Source: Rhodothermales bacterium (lineage in GTDB: Bacteria > Bacteroidota > Rhodothermia > Rhodothermales > UBA10348). From it: DNA of 64,000 bases. A program made the translations under genes and the position numbers. Of the stretch, positions 1 to 9,465 are shown piece by piece. The notes below the pieces were generated by a model, which was given only the letters and a program-made list of their open reading frames with translations, ran no database searches and was not told the origin of the DNA. Each line of letters starts with the position of its first letter. Within the stretch, counting starts at the first letter, position 1. Where the stretch lies: the NCBI GenBank assembly GCA_017643395.1, contig JAEPNP010000002.1:38290-102289 (forward strand), given 5' to 3'.

Positions 1-3000
1 GGACTGCAGCCACGGAATGACCCATTTCTCGGGCGCATCCAGCGTCGGCAGCGAGAGCGTCGGCGGCGAGCCATCGTAGTAGATGCCGCGGCTGGGCACG
101 ATCGGCTGCGTCGGACTCACGGCATCCGGAATCGTGATTTTGGGAATCACGCAGGTGGCGTGCTCGATGCCGTTGTTCGTGACCGAGTACGTCAGCGTGA
201 TCGGGTCCGTCGGGTAGAACTCGTTGGCAGAAGCCGTGACACCCACCGAAATTTCCGTCCTGGCGTCCAGTTGCGACTCGATGGAGTCAAACGTCACATC
301 CTGGTTGGACGCCGCCGTGAACGTCCACTTGCCGGTTCCAACGCGCTCATAGACCAGGGAATGGTCCGTGATGCCGCCTTCGGTCACGATGTCCAGAATG
401 TCCCCGTAGCACCTCGGCAGCACCGGGTCCTCTCCCATGATATGCGGATCATAAAAGGGCGATGGGGTCACGATGAACCGGTCGTTGCCGGACTCTCCCT
501 GGATCAGGACGTTGAGCATGACCGCGCCAGCAACGTCGAGGTTGGGGAACGTGATCGTGTCGTCCCCGCCCCCTGGCCGCACGATCAGGGAGTCGGTCGG
601 TGTGGTGAAGGTTACATCCTCGCCGCAGGTCACGCAGTCGATGAACGAGAACCCATCGCCCAGACCACCCGCGTCACCGGAACCGTTCAGGTTGATCGTG
701 TTGTCGTCGTCGTTGAACTGGAAAATGGCCTTGGCGGGCGTGGCCGTGAAGAAAATGGGCTCCAGGCCGTCGTAGATGATGTTCAGGTCATCAAAGGCTC
801 CGGGTACCACGGGGTCGTCATCATCGATGAGGAAGTTGCCAGAATCCTCGTCCGTGTGGATGGAGAGGAAATCGTACGTCGTGGCCCCCATGGTGGAATT
901 CTGAATGGTCAGAAAGTCCCCCGGGCCAGTGGTGGGATCACCGCCATTGAACGTGATGGTCCCACTGGTCAACGCCTGGTTTTGCAGGTCGATGCGCAGT
1001 TCGTCGTCGCCATCGCCTGCATTGTAGACAACGCCTCCGGTCGGGATCGGAACGCCGCCGGCAAGATCCACCAGCAGCAGATTGTCCGTGTCCAGGCCCT
1101 CTATGGTCAGACTGTTCATCCCCGAGATCGCTGGGGCCTCAAACAACGTCACCGTTCCGTCTCCCAGCGTCAGCGTGGTGCCTGTCAGCGAGAGCGTGAT
1201 CGTGCCAGTGACATTCGTCCCGGACGGAAGGGTCACGGTCACGTCCGGCGTGCTGGCTGCGTTGACCAGGTCCACCGCGTAATCCTCCACTTCTCCCTTG
1301 GCGACATAGCCGAATGGTTTGTCGCACCCGGAGTCGCAATACCTGAAGCGAGCGAAGCTGGCACCAACACCTGTGCCACTGGGGATCGTGAACTGAACTG
1401 TTGTCAAGCCGGTATTGAGCGGGGCAGCGGTAATGACCTCTTCGCTCGCATCGTCGAAGGTGCCGTCGATATTCAAATCAATCCAGGCATACAGCACTCC
1501 GCTTCCGACCACCTGGACATCGGCCGTCGCTATCGTCGATCCGGATGCCGGAATCATGAGGCTGCTCAGAAAGGTCACGCCGTCCTCATCGTCCGCTCCG
1601 TCGACGTCGTCACCGGTCGCGTCCGCCGGCGTGTCCTGTGCATCCAGGTCGATGTCGAGCTGGACCCCCATGTAGTGCGTGATCGGAGCTTCGACACCGT
1701 GCCGGGCCCCATCGTTCAGCTTTTTCGTGCGATACCCGTTTGCCGAAGGCGCGTCGCCGTAGTCCATGCCAACGATTTTGACGGGGTAGTCCTCCACCTC
1801 GCCGTCGGCCGCGTCTTCTTCCGGATCGTCGCAATAGGTCGTCACCGAGCAGACTCTGACGCGCGCGAACGTTTCGCCGGCGGACCCGCTCGGAGGAGTG
1901 ACGGCGATGACGTAGTCGCCGGTTGCGGGTGCAGCAGTGACTCCGATATAGTCGGCGGCCTGCGTAAACTCCCCGTCGGCGTTGAAGTCAATCCACATGT
2001 GGATGAACCCCCCTGCCCCGTCAACATTGACGGTGACCAGTTCCGTCGCACCGAGTGCATAGATCGTGGGAGGCACAGCGATGCCGTCTTCGTCGTCTCC
2101 GTCAGCGTCTCCGTCATCGCCGCTGGCCGTCGCCGAGGCCTGGTTGCCAGAATCTGAGTCCACAGTTGGGCCCAGACGTGGCCCGCCCGAGAGGATTTCG
2201 TGGCGTGCGCTTCTTGTGGCGGCCGTATAGGTCGCAGGGACATCGCCGTAGTCGTATTGATTGACGGTGATGGTGACGGTGCTGTTGCCGGCATCATCGT
2301 CAGCCTGGTCGGCCGCTGTGATGAGTGCCGTGTTTGTGACCGTGTGCTCTACGCCCAGGGTCGCGGCTACCGTTGCCGTCACCATTCCTCCGCTCGCAAT
2401 GCTGAGTCCGGACCACGTGGTGCCCACGAACTGGGCGGAGGCGACTGCTGAGTAGTCGGTTGACCCGAGCTTTGCGTCCGTGACGGTGACCCCGGTCGCG
2501 TCGGTCGTCGTGGAGGTGTTGTTGACCTGGATCGTGTACGTCAGCGTGCCGTCATCTGCGTTGAAGGTGGCGCCGGCCGATTTGGAGATGGAGAGGTCCG
2601 CGTCGTCGTCTAGAATGGTGTATTCGTGGGTCGTCTGACCCGATGGCGCGTACCCGGTGCCGGCCGCGATTGTGACGACAATGGCCTCGTCAGCCTCGTC
2701 TTCGCTGTCACCCGTGATGGTAATTGGCAGGGTGGTAGAGCTTGTTCCGGCTGTCACCATCAGGGTCGTACTGGCCGCGTAGTCGCCGCCCGAAGCCGTA
2801 CCACCGTACGAGAAGTTCAGGGTGATGTCGTTTATCGGCGTCGGGGATATTGTAATGTCGAGGGATGGACTGTTTGACTCGTCCCCGCTTGAAGTTGCCG
2901 CGTCGAATGAAACCTGCGGCACATCGTCGTCCTGAATCGTCGCGGTATGGGTAGTGAAGCCTGTCGTGCCCGCGTTTGTGGGCGCGCCCATGGTCAGCAC

Positions 3001-4092
3001 GACGGTCTCGTCGTTCTCGTCCGCGCCGTCGTCATTGACGGTGATGGTCACGGATTCTGAGGCTGAGGTAGCCCCAAATGTGAAGTTCGCCGGACTGATG
3101 GTGTAGTCATTGGGAAGCGCCCCCTGGCTCGCCGATCCGGACAGGGCGTACGGAACCACCACCCCCCGCTCGCTAAGTCGGTCGAGAGTCACCGTCACCG
3201 TCATATTTCCTGCCCCCTCGACACCGGACTGCACATCCGCCGTAAAGGATGCGTTCGGCTCCACATCGTTATCCTGGATGGTCGCTGTGTGCACGGTCGT
3301 TGTGCCGAGCGTGGCGTTGGCAGGCGCGCCCAACGTCAAGATCATGTCTTCCGGGTCTTCGTCGATGGCGTCGTCGTTGACCGTAAGCGTGACGAACGCG
3401 CTTAGCGCCTGTGCCGCGATGCTGAATTGTCCCGCCGACGCCTCGTAGTCCTTGCCGCTACCCTCCGTCGCCGATCCTGACAGGGTAAAGGGCGCAGTGA
3501 CCGCAAAAACTGTCTTGTGCGAAAGCGTTGCCGTCACTGTCGGCGAAACGGACTCGTCATTGGACTGCGCGCCCGCAGAGAATTCGACCGTGGGCACCGC
3601 ATCACCGTCATTGATAGTCAGGCCGACGGTCGGTAGCGTGCCCAGATTGTTTCCGGGACCGGTAATCGAGGTGACTTCAAAAGTGAGGGTCTCCGCCGAC
3701 CCTTCGTAGAGCATGTCCGCCGTGGTGGGGATGTTGACAAGCGCCGAACCCCCGCCCGCAGACACCATGATCGAGCCTGTCGTCACGGTGAAGTCGCTGC
3801 CACCTGTCGCCGATCCATTCGTGGTGGTATAAAACACCGTATGTGGCCCCGTGTGGTCAATGGTGCTTGAGGCACAACTTGTCCCGTTGTACTCCTTGAC
3901 CACGACTTGCACCTGCAGATCAGTGCCCTCCGTCACCGAATTGATCGTAGCAGATGCACCCGGGCAAAAATCCTGAGCGACGGCCGGCGTGGCGCCAGCC
4001 AAGGCTACCGTCAGCGCGCAGCACGCGAGTGCCACCTTCACTTTTCCAGACAAAACCAGCTTTCCTTCGAGACGGAAAGGCCACCGTCTCAT
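1..4092 (-). CDS. Giant secreted Calx-beta / DUF11-like / GEVED-domain surface protein, paralog A (C-terminus runs off the left window edge; ORF absent from supplied track)
   Basis: Manual reverse-complement translation from ATG (4092..4090) stays open to base 1. The N-terminus MRRWPFRLEGKLVLSGKVKVALACCALTVALAGATPAVAQ is signal-like. Calx-beta-like blocks are present (e.g. GKDYEASAGQFSIAAQALSAFVTLTVNDDAIDEDPEDMILTLG). There are two DYGDxP...GEVEDY modules (GEVEDYPVKIV, GEVEDYAVDLV). RPGGGDDTITFPNLD and CYGDILDI motifs are shared with the two neighbouring paralogs. Confidence 0.8.
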   Translation of the reverse strand, partial: MRRWPFRLEGKLVLSGKVKVALACCALTVALAGATPAVAQDFCPGASATINSVTEGTDLQVQVVVKEYNGTSCASSTIDHTGPHTVFYTTTNGSATGGSDFTVTTGSIMVSAGGGSALVNIPTTADMLYEGSAETLTFEVTSITGPGNNLGTLPTVGLTINDGDAVPTVEFSAGAQSNDESVSPTVTATLSHKTVFAVTAPFTLSGSATEGSGKDYEASAGQFSIAAQALSAFVTLTVNDDAIDEDPEDMILTLGAPANATLGTTTVHTATIQDNDVEPNASFTADVQSGVEGAGNMTVTVTLDRLSERGVVVPYALSGSASQGALPNDYTISPANFTFGATSASESVTITVNDDGADENDETVVLTMGAPTNAGTTGFTTHTATIQDDDVPQVSFDAATSSGDESNSPSLDITISPTPINDITLNFSYGGTASGGDYAASTTLMVTAGTSSTTLPITITGDSEDEADEAIVVTIAAGTGYAPSGQTTHEYTILDDDADLSISKSAGATFNADDGTLTYTIQVNNTSTTTDATGVTVTDAKLGSTDYSAVASAQFVGTTWSGLSIASGGMVTATVAATLGVEHTVTNTALITAADQADDDAGNSTVTITVNQYDYGDVPATYTAATRSARHEILSGGPRLGPTVDSDSGNQASATASGDDGDADGDDEDGIAVPPTIYALGATELVTVNVDGAGGFIHMWIDFNADGEFTQAADYIGVTAAPATGDYVIAVTPPSGSAGETFARVRVCSVTTYCDDPEEDAADGEVEDYPVKIVGMDYGDAPSANGYRTKKLNDGARHGVEAPITHYMGVQLDIDLDAQDTPADATGDDVDGADDEDGVTFLSSLMIPASGSTIATADVQVVGSGVLYAWIDLNIDGTFDDASEEVITAAPLNTGLTTVQFTIPSGTGVGASFARFRYCDSGCDKPFGYVAKGEVEDYAVDLVNAASTPDVTVTLPSGTNVTGTITLSLTGTTLTLGDGTVTLFEAPAISGMNSLTIEGLDTDNLLLVDLAGGVPIPTGGVVYNAGDGDDELRIDLQNQALTSGTITFNGGDPTTGPGDFLTIQNSTMGATTYDFLSIHTDEDSGNFLIDDDDPVVPGAFDDLNIIYDGLEPIFFTATPAKAIFQFNDDDNTINLNGSGDAGGLGDGFSFIDCVTCGEDVTFTTPTDSLIVRPGGGDDTITFPNLDVAGAVMLNVLIQGESGNDRFIVTPSPFYDPHIMGEDPVLPRCYGDILDIVTEGGITDHSLVYERVGTGKWTFTAASNQDVTFDSIESQLDARTEISVGVTASANEFYPTDPITLTYSVTNNGIEHATCVIPKITIPDAVSPTQPIVPSRGIYYDGSPPTLSLPTLDAPEKWVIPWLQS

Positions 4093-4150
4093 TTTGATAC
4101 CTATCCGCATCTAGAAGCGTGGGAAAGGCGCGTTTTTGCGCCCCCTGGCG

Positions 4151-4173
4151 GATCTGTGTTGTGATTCGTCCGA
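4151..4173 (-). promoter_or_regulatory. Conserved upstream element of paralog A (GATCTGTGTTGTGATTCGTCCGA on + strand)
   Basis: Near-identical elements lie upstream of all three giant paralogs, sharing the core ATTCGTCCGA preceded by GATTG/GATTC-type pentamers about one helical turn apart. This copy sits about 60-80 nt upstream of the ATG at 4092. Function (promoter or factor site) is not established. Confidence 0.4.
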
Positions 4174-4223
4174 TTGCGATTCTGCGGCCCCTGTGCGGCC
4201 CCTGTGGCCCCCTCCCATCGAAA

Positions 4224-4255
4224 GACCCCCGGCCTCCTTTCGGAGACCGGGGGTC
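4224..4255 (-). terminator. Hairpin terminator downstream of paralog B
   Basis: GACCCCCGGCCTCC-TTTC-GGAGACCGGGGGTC is a 14-bp stem with one mismatch, about 66 nt downstream of the stop at 4321. On the minus strand only a short T tract (TTT) follows it. Confidence 0.55.
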
Positions 4256-4320
4256 TGTGCACGAAGCGCCAGGTGCTTCGGGTAGCGTAGTGGAGCAGGC
4301 CGGGCGCTTGTCGCGCAGGG

Positions 4321-7300
4321 CTACTTCATAAGTACCAGCTGGCGAGCGTAAGCGCCCGACTCCGTCTGCAGACGGTAGATGTACGTTCCCGTGGTCAGGC
4401 CCTGGGCGTCGAACTGCACGGAGTGCTGTCCGGCCTGGACCGAACCGTCAACCAGGAGGGCCACTTCGCGACCGAGCACGTCGTAGACCGCCAGGCGAAC
4501 CTGACCGGACTGCGGCAGCGCGAAGCCGATGGTGGTGACCGGGTTGAAGGGGTTGGGGTAGTTCTGCTCGAGCACGTAGCCGCTTGGCAGCTCGGCATCG
4601 ACCGGCTCGTCTTCGGTGGAGGTCGCCGAGGCCGCAAGCGGCTCTCCGAACTCGATACCACCTTCCATCGAACCGAAGGCGATGTCCTGGCCGTCTTCGG
4701 AGATGGCGACAAAGGCCACTTCCTGGCCACGCAGGGCGATCTTGACAAAGTCGACGCTCGGCGTGAGGGTCGGAGCCGGGTTGCGGAAGGCGCCGAAGCC
4801 CCAGGTGGTGGCGTACAGGTGACCGTTCATGTCGAAGGCCAGAGCGCGCACCTCGGGGGTGACCACGTCGCCGTTGTTCAGCGTGACCTCCATGTCCAGC
4901 GACTGCCACAGGCCAGTGCTCGATCCGTCACCGGCGAGCGACATCCGGAAGACGCCGTTGCCGGTGCCTACGAAGATGAAGTCATTCGTCGGATCCAGCT
5001 CCAGGTCGAACGCATGGCCACCTCGGTTGGCGATGAGCAGGTCATTGACAGCCTGGCCGCCCAGGAATTCCCAGGTGAAGCCGTAGTCCTCGGAGGTGTA
5101 GATGCCACGACCGAAGGTGCCGGCATAGAGGCGACCGCTCTCACGCGGATGGGCCACCAGGCTCCAGGGCGTGTCCGCATCGACTTCCGGAAGATCGCCG
5201 ATCTTCTGCCAGGTCTCGCCACCGTTCAGGCTGCGGTATACGAAGCCGTGGTTGGTCGAGATGTACAGGAAACCGTCCGCATCCTCGGTGAAGGCATAGA
5301 CCGCCGTCCAGCCAGCTACGTGCGTATCGCTGACGCCCGGGTTGACCGCCGTGAAGGACTCACCACCGTCGCGCGAGACGTAGAGACCGTCAGAACCCCA
5401 TGCGGTGAGGTAGATCAGGTCACGATCGTCGGGGTCGGTGGTCTCGACGTGAGCGAGGTCCGTCACGTAGAGCGGGTACGGGAGGCCCGCGCCACACTCA
5501 CGCCACAGCGGGTAGTCGTCACTGAAGACACCGTCGAAGTTCGGCACGCGGCACAGCACGGCGCTGTTGAGACCCGCGAAGCCGTTGGCCAGGCCGACGA
5601 TGAGGCGCTTGTCCGTGTCCGGATCGCCGTCGTGGTCGTACCACAGGGCAGCCGTAGCCTGCGCCTTCACCGGGAACGGGAAGGCCGGCTCGATGTCGAG
5701 AGACACCGAGTTGTTGTGCAGGTTCGGGTCTTCCTGGGGAGCGAGCGCGGTGATCGTGGCCTCACCGTTGTACTGGTAGCCAACCTCCACCGTGTAGCTC
5801 AGAGTCGCCGTGGCACCAGGTGCCAGGGAGCCCACCAGCCACATCGGTGAGTTGAAGGACCCCTGTGTAAACGTCGGGCCGTCCAGGATCGTCAGCGCGC
5901 CGTCCAGCAGCGTGTCGTTGATCTTGATGCAGTCCGCCGTGTTCGGGCCAAGATTCTCGACCAGCAGTTCCACCGGCAGGATATCGCCCGGGTTGGTCGA
6001 CGGGGTCGGCGGCAGGATCAGCGAGAGCTTGACGTCCGCGACGTAGTCGGCGAAGTGCTCCATCTCGTCGAAGGTCAGCAGCTGATGCGAGCTGCTGAAG
6101 CTGATCTGCTTGCCAGCTTCGTCAATCGTGTCGATCACCGCTCCCAGTGAGGTATCGATATCCAGGACATCGCCCACACAAGTGCTGGGAAGGCCACCTT
6201 CGATGTCGCCGAAAGTCAACGAGCTCGTCGTTGTTAGCGGAGCAATCAGGAAGTGATCCGGACCATCGGTGATCCCCTCAGCCACGTCGTCTCCATAGAG
6301 AGAGATTTCAAACGAGGCCGGGTTGCCGTTGCCATCGGTCTCATCCACGCCTTCAAAGGCGTAAGAGTCTGATCCCAGCCCTGCCCAAACCTTGAGGGTC
6401 GTAGTCGGGTTCTTGAAGGTGATTTCCTCGGACCCATTCGAGTCGATGAACGTGAAGCCGTCCGCGTCTGCTCCGTTGTCACGGATGACGATGTTGTCGT
6501 CGATCAGGTCGGAGAACTCAAACTCGCGGTTGGCCGCACTGAGATTGTCCTGAACGGGTGCGAAGTCTCTGAAACGGATGGTGTATCCGCCAGAAATCTC
6601 AACATCGCCGTCGCTGGCGTTGAGTGCCGTATGGTTGACAGTGGTGTGCACCGTCCCACTCTCATCGACCAACACAAGTGCGTCGTCGCCAAGCTTGCCG
6701 TCGACATCCAAATCGAACCCGGAGGGCATCATCTCAATGTCAACGACGAAGGAGTTGGGACCGCTGTTGCCCTCAATGAGGAAATCAGTGGTTGCACCCG
6801 TTCCGATGGCTACCAAGTCGTTGGTGAAGATGATGGTTCCGTTTCCATCAACGAGAAGGATGTCCGTGGCGGTGAACTCAACTCGCACCGGCTCTACCAC
6901 ACCTTCCGGCATCTGGAAGGTCTTGGCAGCGCTTCTAAACTGCGTGGTTACGCTGTAGTCCTCCATCTCGCCACCGGCAACCGCGCCAGTCGTCGGCGAA
7001 TCGCAGACGTCTTGGACCGTACACGCCCTGAAGCGCAGGGTCAGGAGCGTTCCCGGGGTCGCAACACCGGTAAGCTCATCCACGTCGATGGAGACCCAGT
7101 TGAGGCCTGAGCTCACGGGCAGGTCATCCACCTCGGTTGTCCACACCACTCCGGCCAAGCCATCATCGTACTCGGCGAATACCGACAAATAACCGTCGTG
7201 GGACAGGGTGACGGGTAGGAGATTCTCGACAGGGGCGCCAGCGCCCCCTCGCTGAATGAGACCGCCTGGCAGTGGGAAACCAACACCATCCTCATCAGCT

Positions 7301-9126
7301 TCACCGGTCGTGTCATCAGTGTCCGCTGCGAGCGATCCCGTCACCGAGGTTTCGGCATCACGGAGCACGCCGAGCGTCAGGTCATCCGACATCACGTGCG
7401 ATCCCGCGGCGATGCGGTCGCCGAAGTCAGCTCCGTAGACGGCGGTGATGACTCTATCTTCGTTGTCACCAGGGTTGGTCTCGACAGAGCCGGCACCCTG
7501 GTCCTGGACGAGCGCCTCAATCGACGCGTGGTCGCCGTGTGCAGCGGTCACTGAAGTAGTGACAGTGTACACCCGGGACGAGCCCGCACCGATCGTCACA
7601 GCGCCCCCTCCGCCACAAGTGAACGCACCGTCGACGACTGCGCTCACTGAGCCACCACAACCAGACTGGGTCGTCTTGGATAGCCCAATTAGCTGATAGT
7701 CGATGACAACGTCTGTTGCGGCCGCCGCACCATTGTTGGTGACTGTGAACTCGTACACTACGGCCGGAGCACCACCAATGAGCGCGACAGAAGCGTCGTT
7801 GACCGTTCCGGTCGTGCTGGTAGCCACGATTGTGAGGTCGACTCCATCGTCGTCGGTGATGTAGCCGGCAGCTGTCTCGTCATCGATATTGTAGCCAGTC
7901 CCGTTCTGGAGCTGTACTACGAAGATCTCGCCGTCTTCCGGAATCTGGTCGTCTATGATGGAGACCGGAATCATCTCGTCTACAATGGCCGGGTTGCCGA
8001 AGGACACTCCCGCGACGTTGATGCTGGCAGGCCCGGGTGTGTAGTCCTGGTTCTTCAGGGCCGTTACATCGAGATACGCGATTTGGACGTTGTAGGCCTG
8101 CTCCGAGTGATGGCTCGGACGTGCCTTGAAGGTGAAGCTCCCCGCAGTTTCCAGGCCGCTTTCGTCCTGCACCATGATCACGGTTGGGACGTCTTCGTCA
8201 TCCTCGATCGTCACGGCGCCAATGGCATCGGAGACCGTGTAGTTGGCGCCGCCCGGCACTAGCAACTGAACCGAGAAGAGTTCGTCACCCTCGTAGATGT
8301 TATCTGGCCAAGTTGGCACGTAGAGCACAGACGAAGCGGACATAGCGGAGATCGTCGAACCAAACTCAGCGGCGCTCGCAAACGTCATGGCGTTTGCCGT
8401 GGCGTCTCCGTCGTAGAAATCGACGTCTTCCGCGGCACCCGCTCCATTCTCCGTGTTTCCTACCAGGAACGCCAAGTTTGCTGTCGTCTGGGTGTCAAAC
8501 ACGATGGCCTCGTCCGAGAGGTGGGACAGGCTCAGTGTCAGGGCCGCCGAACCACCTTCCAGTATGCTCGCATCCGAGATGCTGACGCTGGGGTTGGCTT
8601 CATCGTCGAGAATGAAGACCGTCAGTGCGTCGTTTGCATTCAGCGAGAAGCCTACCGGGTTGAATAGCTTGATCTCGAAGCACTCATATCCGCCGTTCGT
8701 CGCGTTCTCGCGGATGGCGTCGTCGAGGGTCTGCACCGAGATCGGTCGCTTCACACCGGCACCTGAATTCTTAGGGAACGTCAGCTGACCGGAGATCAGC
8801 GGGTAGTCCGCGTTCAGGGTGGCGTCGTTGACAACCGGAGTCGCTGTACACGTTCCCGCCTGCGCCACGTAATCGACCGTGGCGTTGGCCCCAAGGGTCC
8901 CGCCGCCAGATAGTTCGACATATGCGGTCTTGCTGGCACCTTCGTTGAGCGTCGTACGACGTCCGACAGAGCCAGCAGGGCCGTCAGTTGACACTGAGAA
9001 CCCGACCGTTTGCGCCGACGCGACACTCACACTGAACATCAGGCCCAGAAGGAAAATGAGTGAGCGCGCGGCGCTTGAAAATGTGTCAGCCACGCGCAGA
9101 CGCGCGGCCTTTGTAACACCGTTCAT
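4321..9126 (-). CDS. Giant T9SS-secreted surface protein, paralog B (Calx-beta, DUF11-like, GEVED-like, RTX-like module, BNR/Asp-box propeller, T9SS C-terminal domain)
   Basis: 1601-aa ORF with a signal-like N-terminus (...IFLLGLMFSVSVASAQ) and Calx-beta-like blocks ending in DDE/DDD. Other motifs are TVTNNGAAAATD (DUF11/CARDB-like), GEMEDYSV, WAGLGSDSYAFEGVD and CVGDVLDIDTS. Asp-box motifs are YVSRDGGESFTAV, YRSLNGGETWQKIG and YTSEDYGFTWEFL. The C-terminus NYPNPFNPVTTIGFALPQSGQVRLAVYDVLGREV...YIYRLQTESGAYARQLVLMK matches the type-A T9SS sorting tail. Confidence 0.9.
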   Translation of the reverse strand: MNGVTKAARLRVADTFSSAARSLIFLLGLMFSVSVASAQTVGFSVSTDGPAGSVGRRTTLNEGASKTAYVELSGGGTLGANATVDYVAQAGTCTATPVVNDATLNADYPLISGQLTFPKNSGAGVKRPISVQTLDDAIRENATNGGYECFEIKLFNPVGFSLNANDALTVFILDDEANPSVSISDASILEGGSAALTLSLSHLSDEAIVFDTQTTANLAFLVGNTENGAGAAEDVDFYDGDATANAMTFASAAEFGSTISAMSASSVLYVPTWPDNIYEGDELFSVQLLVPGGANYTVSDAIGAVTIEDDEDVPTVIMVQDESGLETAGSFTFKARPSHHSEQAYNVQIAYLDVTALKNQDYTPGPASINVAGVSFGNPAIVDEMIPVSIIDDQIPEDGEIFVVQLQNGTGYNIDDETAAGYITDDDGVDLTIVATSTTGTVNDASVALIGGAPAVVYEFTVTNNGAAAATDVVIDYQLIGLSKTTQSGCGGSVSAVVDGAFTCGGGGAVTIGAGSSRVYTVTTSVTAAHGDHASIEALVQDQGAGSVETNPGDNEDRVITAVYGADFGDRIAAGSHVMSDDLTLGVLRDAETSVTGSLAADTDDTTGEADEDGVGFPLPGGLIQRGGAGAPVENLLPVTLSHDGYLSVFAEYDDGLAGVVWTTEVDDLPVSSGLNWVSIDVDELTGVATPGTLLTLRFRACTVQDVCDSPTTGAVAGGEMEDYSVTTQFRSAAKTFQMPEGVVEPVRVEFTATDILLVDGNGTIIFTNDLVAIGTGATTDFLIEGNSGPNSFVVDIEMMPSGFDLDVDGKLGDDALVLVDESGTVHTTVNHTALNASDGDVEISGGYTIRFRDFAPVQDNLSAANREFEFSDLIDDNIVIRDNGADADGFTFIDSNGSEEITFKNPTTTLKVWAGLGSDSYAFEGVDETDGNGNPASFEISLYGDDVAEGITDGPDHFLIAPLTTTSSLTFGDIEGGLPSTCVGDVLDIDTSLGAVIDTIDEAGKQISFSSSHQLLTFDEMEHFADYVADVKLSLILPPTPSTNPGDILPVELLVENLGPNTADCIKINDTLLDGALTILDGPTFTQGSFNSPMWLVGSLAPGATATLSYTVEVGYQYNGEATITALAPQEDPNLHNNSVSLDIEPAFPFPVKAQATAALWYDHDGDPDTDKRLIVGLANGFAGLNSAVLCRVPNFDGVFSDDYPLWRECGAGLPYPLYVTDLAHVETTDPDDRDLIYLTAWGSDGLYVSRDGGESFTAVNPGVSDTHVAGWTAVYAFTEDADGFLYISTNHGFVYRSLNGGETWQKIGDLPEVDADTPWSLVAHPRESGRLYAGTFGRGIYTSEDYGFTWEFLGGQAVNDLLIANRGGHAFDLELDPTNDFIFVGTGNGVFRMSLAGDGSSTGLWQSLDMEVTLNNGDVVTPEVRALAFDMNGHLYATTWGFGAFRNPAPTLTPSVDFVKIALRGQEVAFVAISEDGQDIAFGSMEGGIEFGEPLAASATSTEDEPVDAELPSGYVLEQNYPNPFNPVTTIGFALPQSGQVRLAVYDVLGREVALLVDGSVQAGQHSVQFDAQGLTTGTYIYRLQTESGAYARQLVLMK

Positions 9127-9250
9127 GACAGCTTACCTGCTGATGTTGAAACAACGAGGAGGGGCGGCTGTCACGGTTTAGCCCTGCGCGACGTCCGCTC
9201 CCATGCATGGACGGAGAACGGACCTTCCGATTTGATTCAGAATGCGCGTC

Positions 9251-9274
9251 CGATTGGTTGTGCGATTCGTCCGA
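9251..9274 (-). promoter_or_regulatory. Conserved upstream element of paralog B (CGATTGGTTGTGCGATTCGTCCGA on + strand)
   Basis: Same element as at 4151 and 14211, about 125-150 nt upstream of the ATG at 9126. The whole leader down to the start codon is homologous to the leader of paralog C. Confidence 0.4.
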
Positions 9275-9359
9275 GGCCAGCAAAACGCGTCTGATTAGCG
9301 CTTGGAGAGCGCGGCGTTGCGGCGGGTCGCGGCGCGTATCGCCCGAAAACAAACCGGAC

Positions 9360-9393
9360 AAAAAAACCCCGGCCTCCACATGGGAGGCCGGGG
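9360..9393 (-). terminator. Rho-independent terminator downstream of paralog C
   Basis: CCCCGGCCTCC-ACAT-GGGAGGCCGGGG is followed on the minus strand by a run of 7 T (A7 at 9360-9366 on the + strand). It lies about 73 nt downstream of the stop at 9466. Confidence 0.8.
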
Positions 9394-9465
9394 TTTCGGC
9401 GATCGAGTGAACGACCTAGCGTAGCGGAGCAGGCCGGGTCACTCGGGGTCGCGCAGGGCTACTCA

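Noticed and set aside
160-2157. 665-aa + strand ORF, the longest track ORF in the first 4 kb
   Set aside because: Its composition is Arg/Val/Gly-rich with no motifs, and it is exactly antisense to a minus-strand frame that encodes recognisable Calx-beta and GEVED domains. It is a typical high-G+C shadow ORF.
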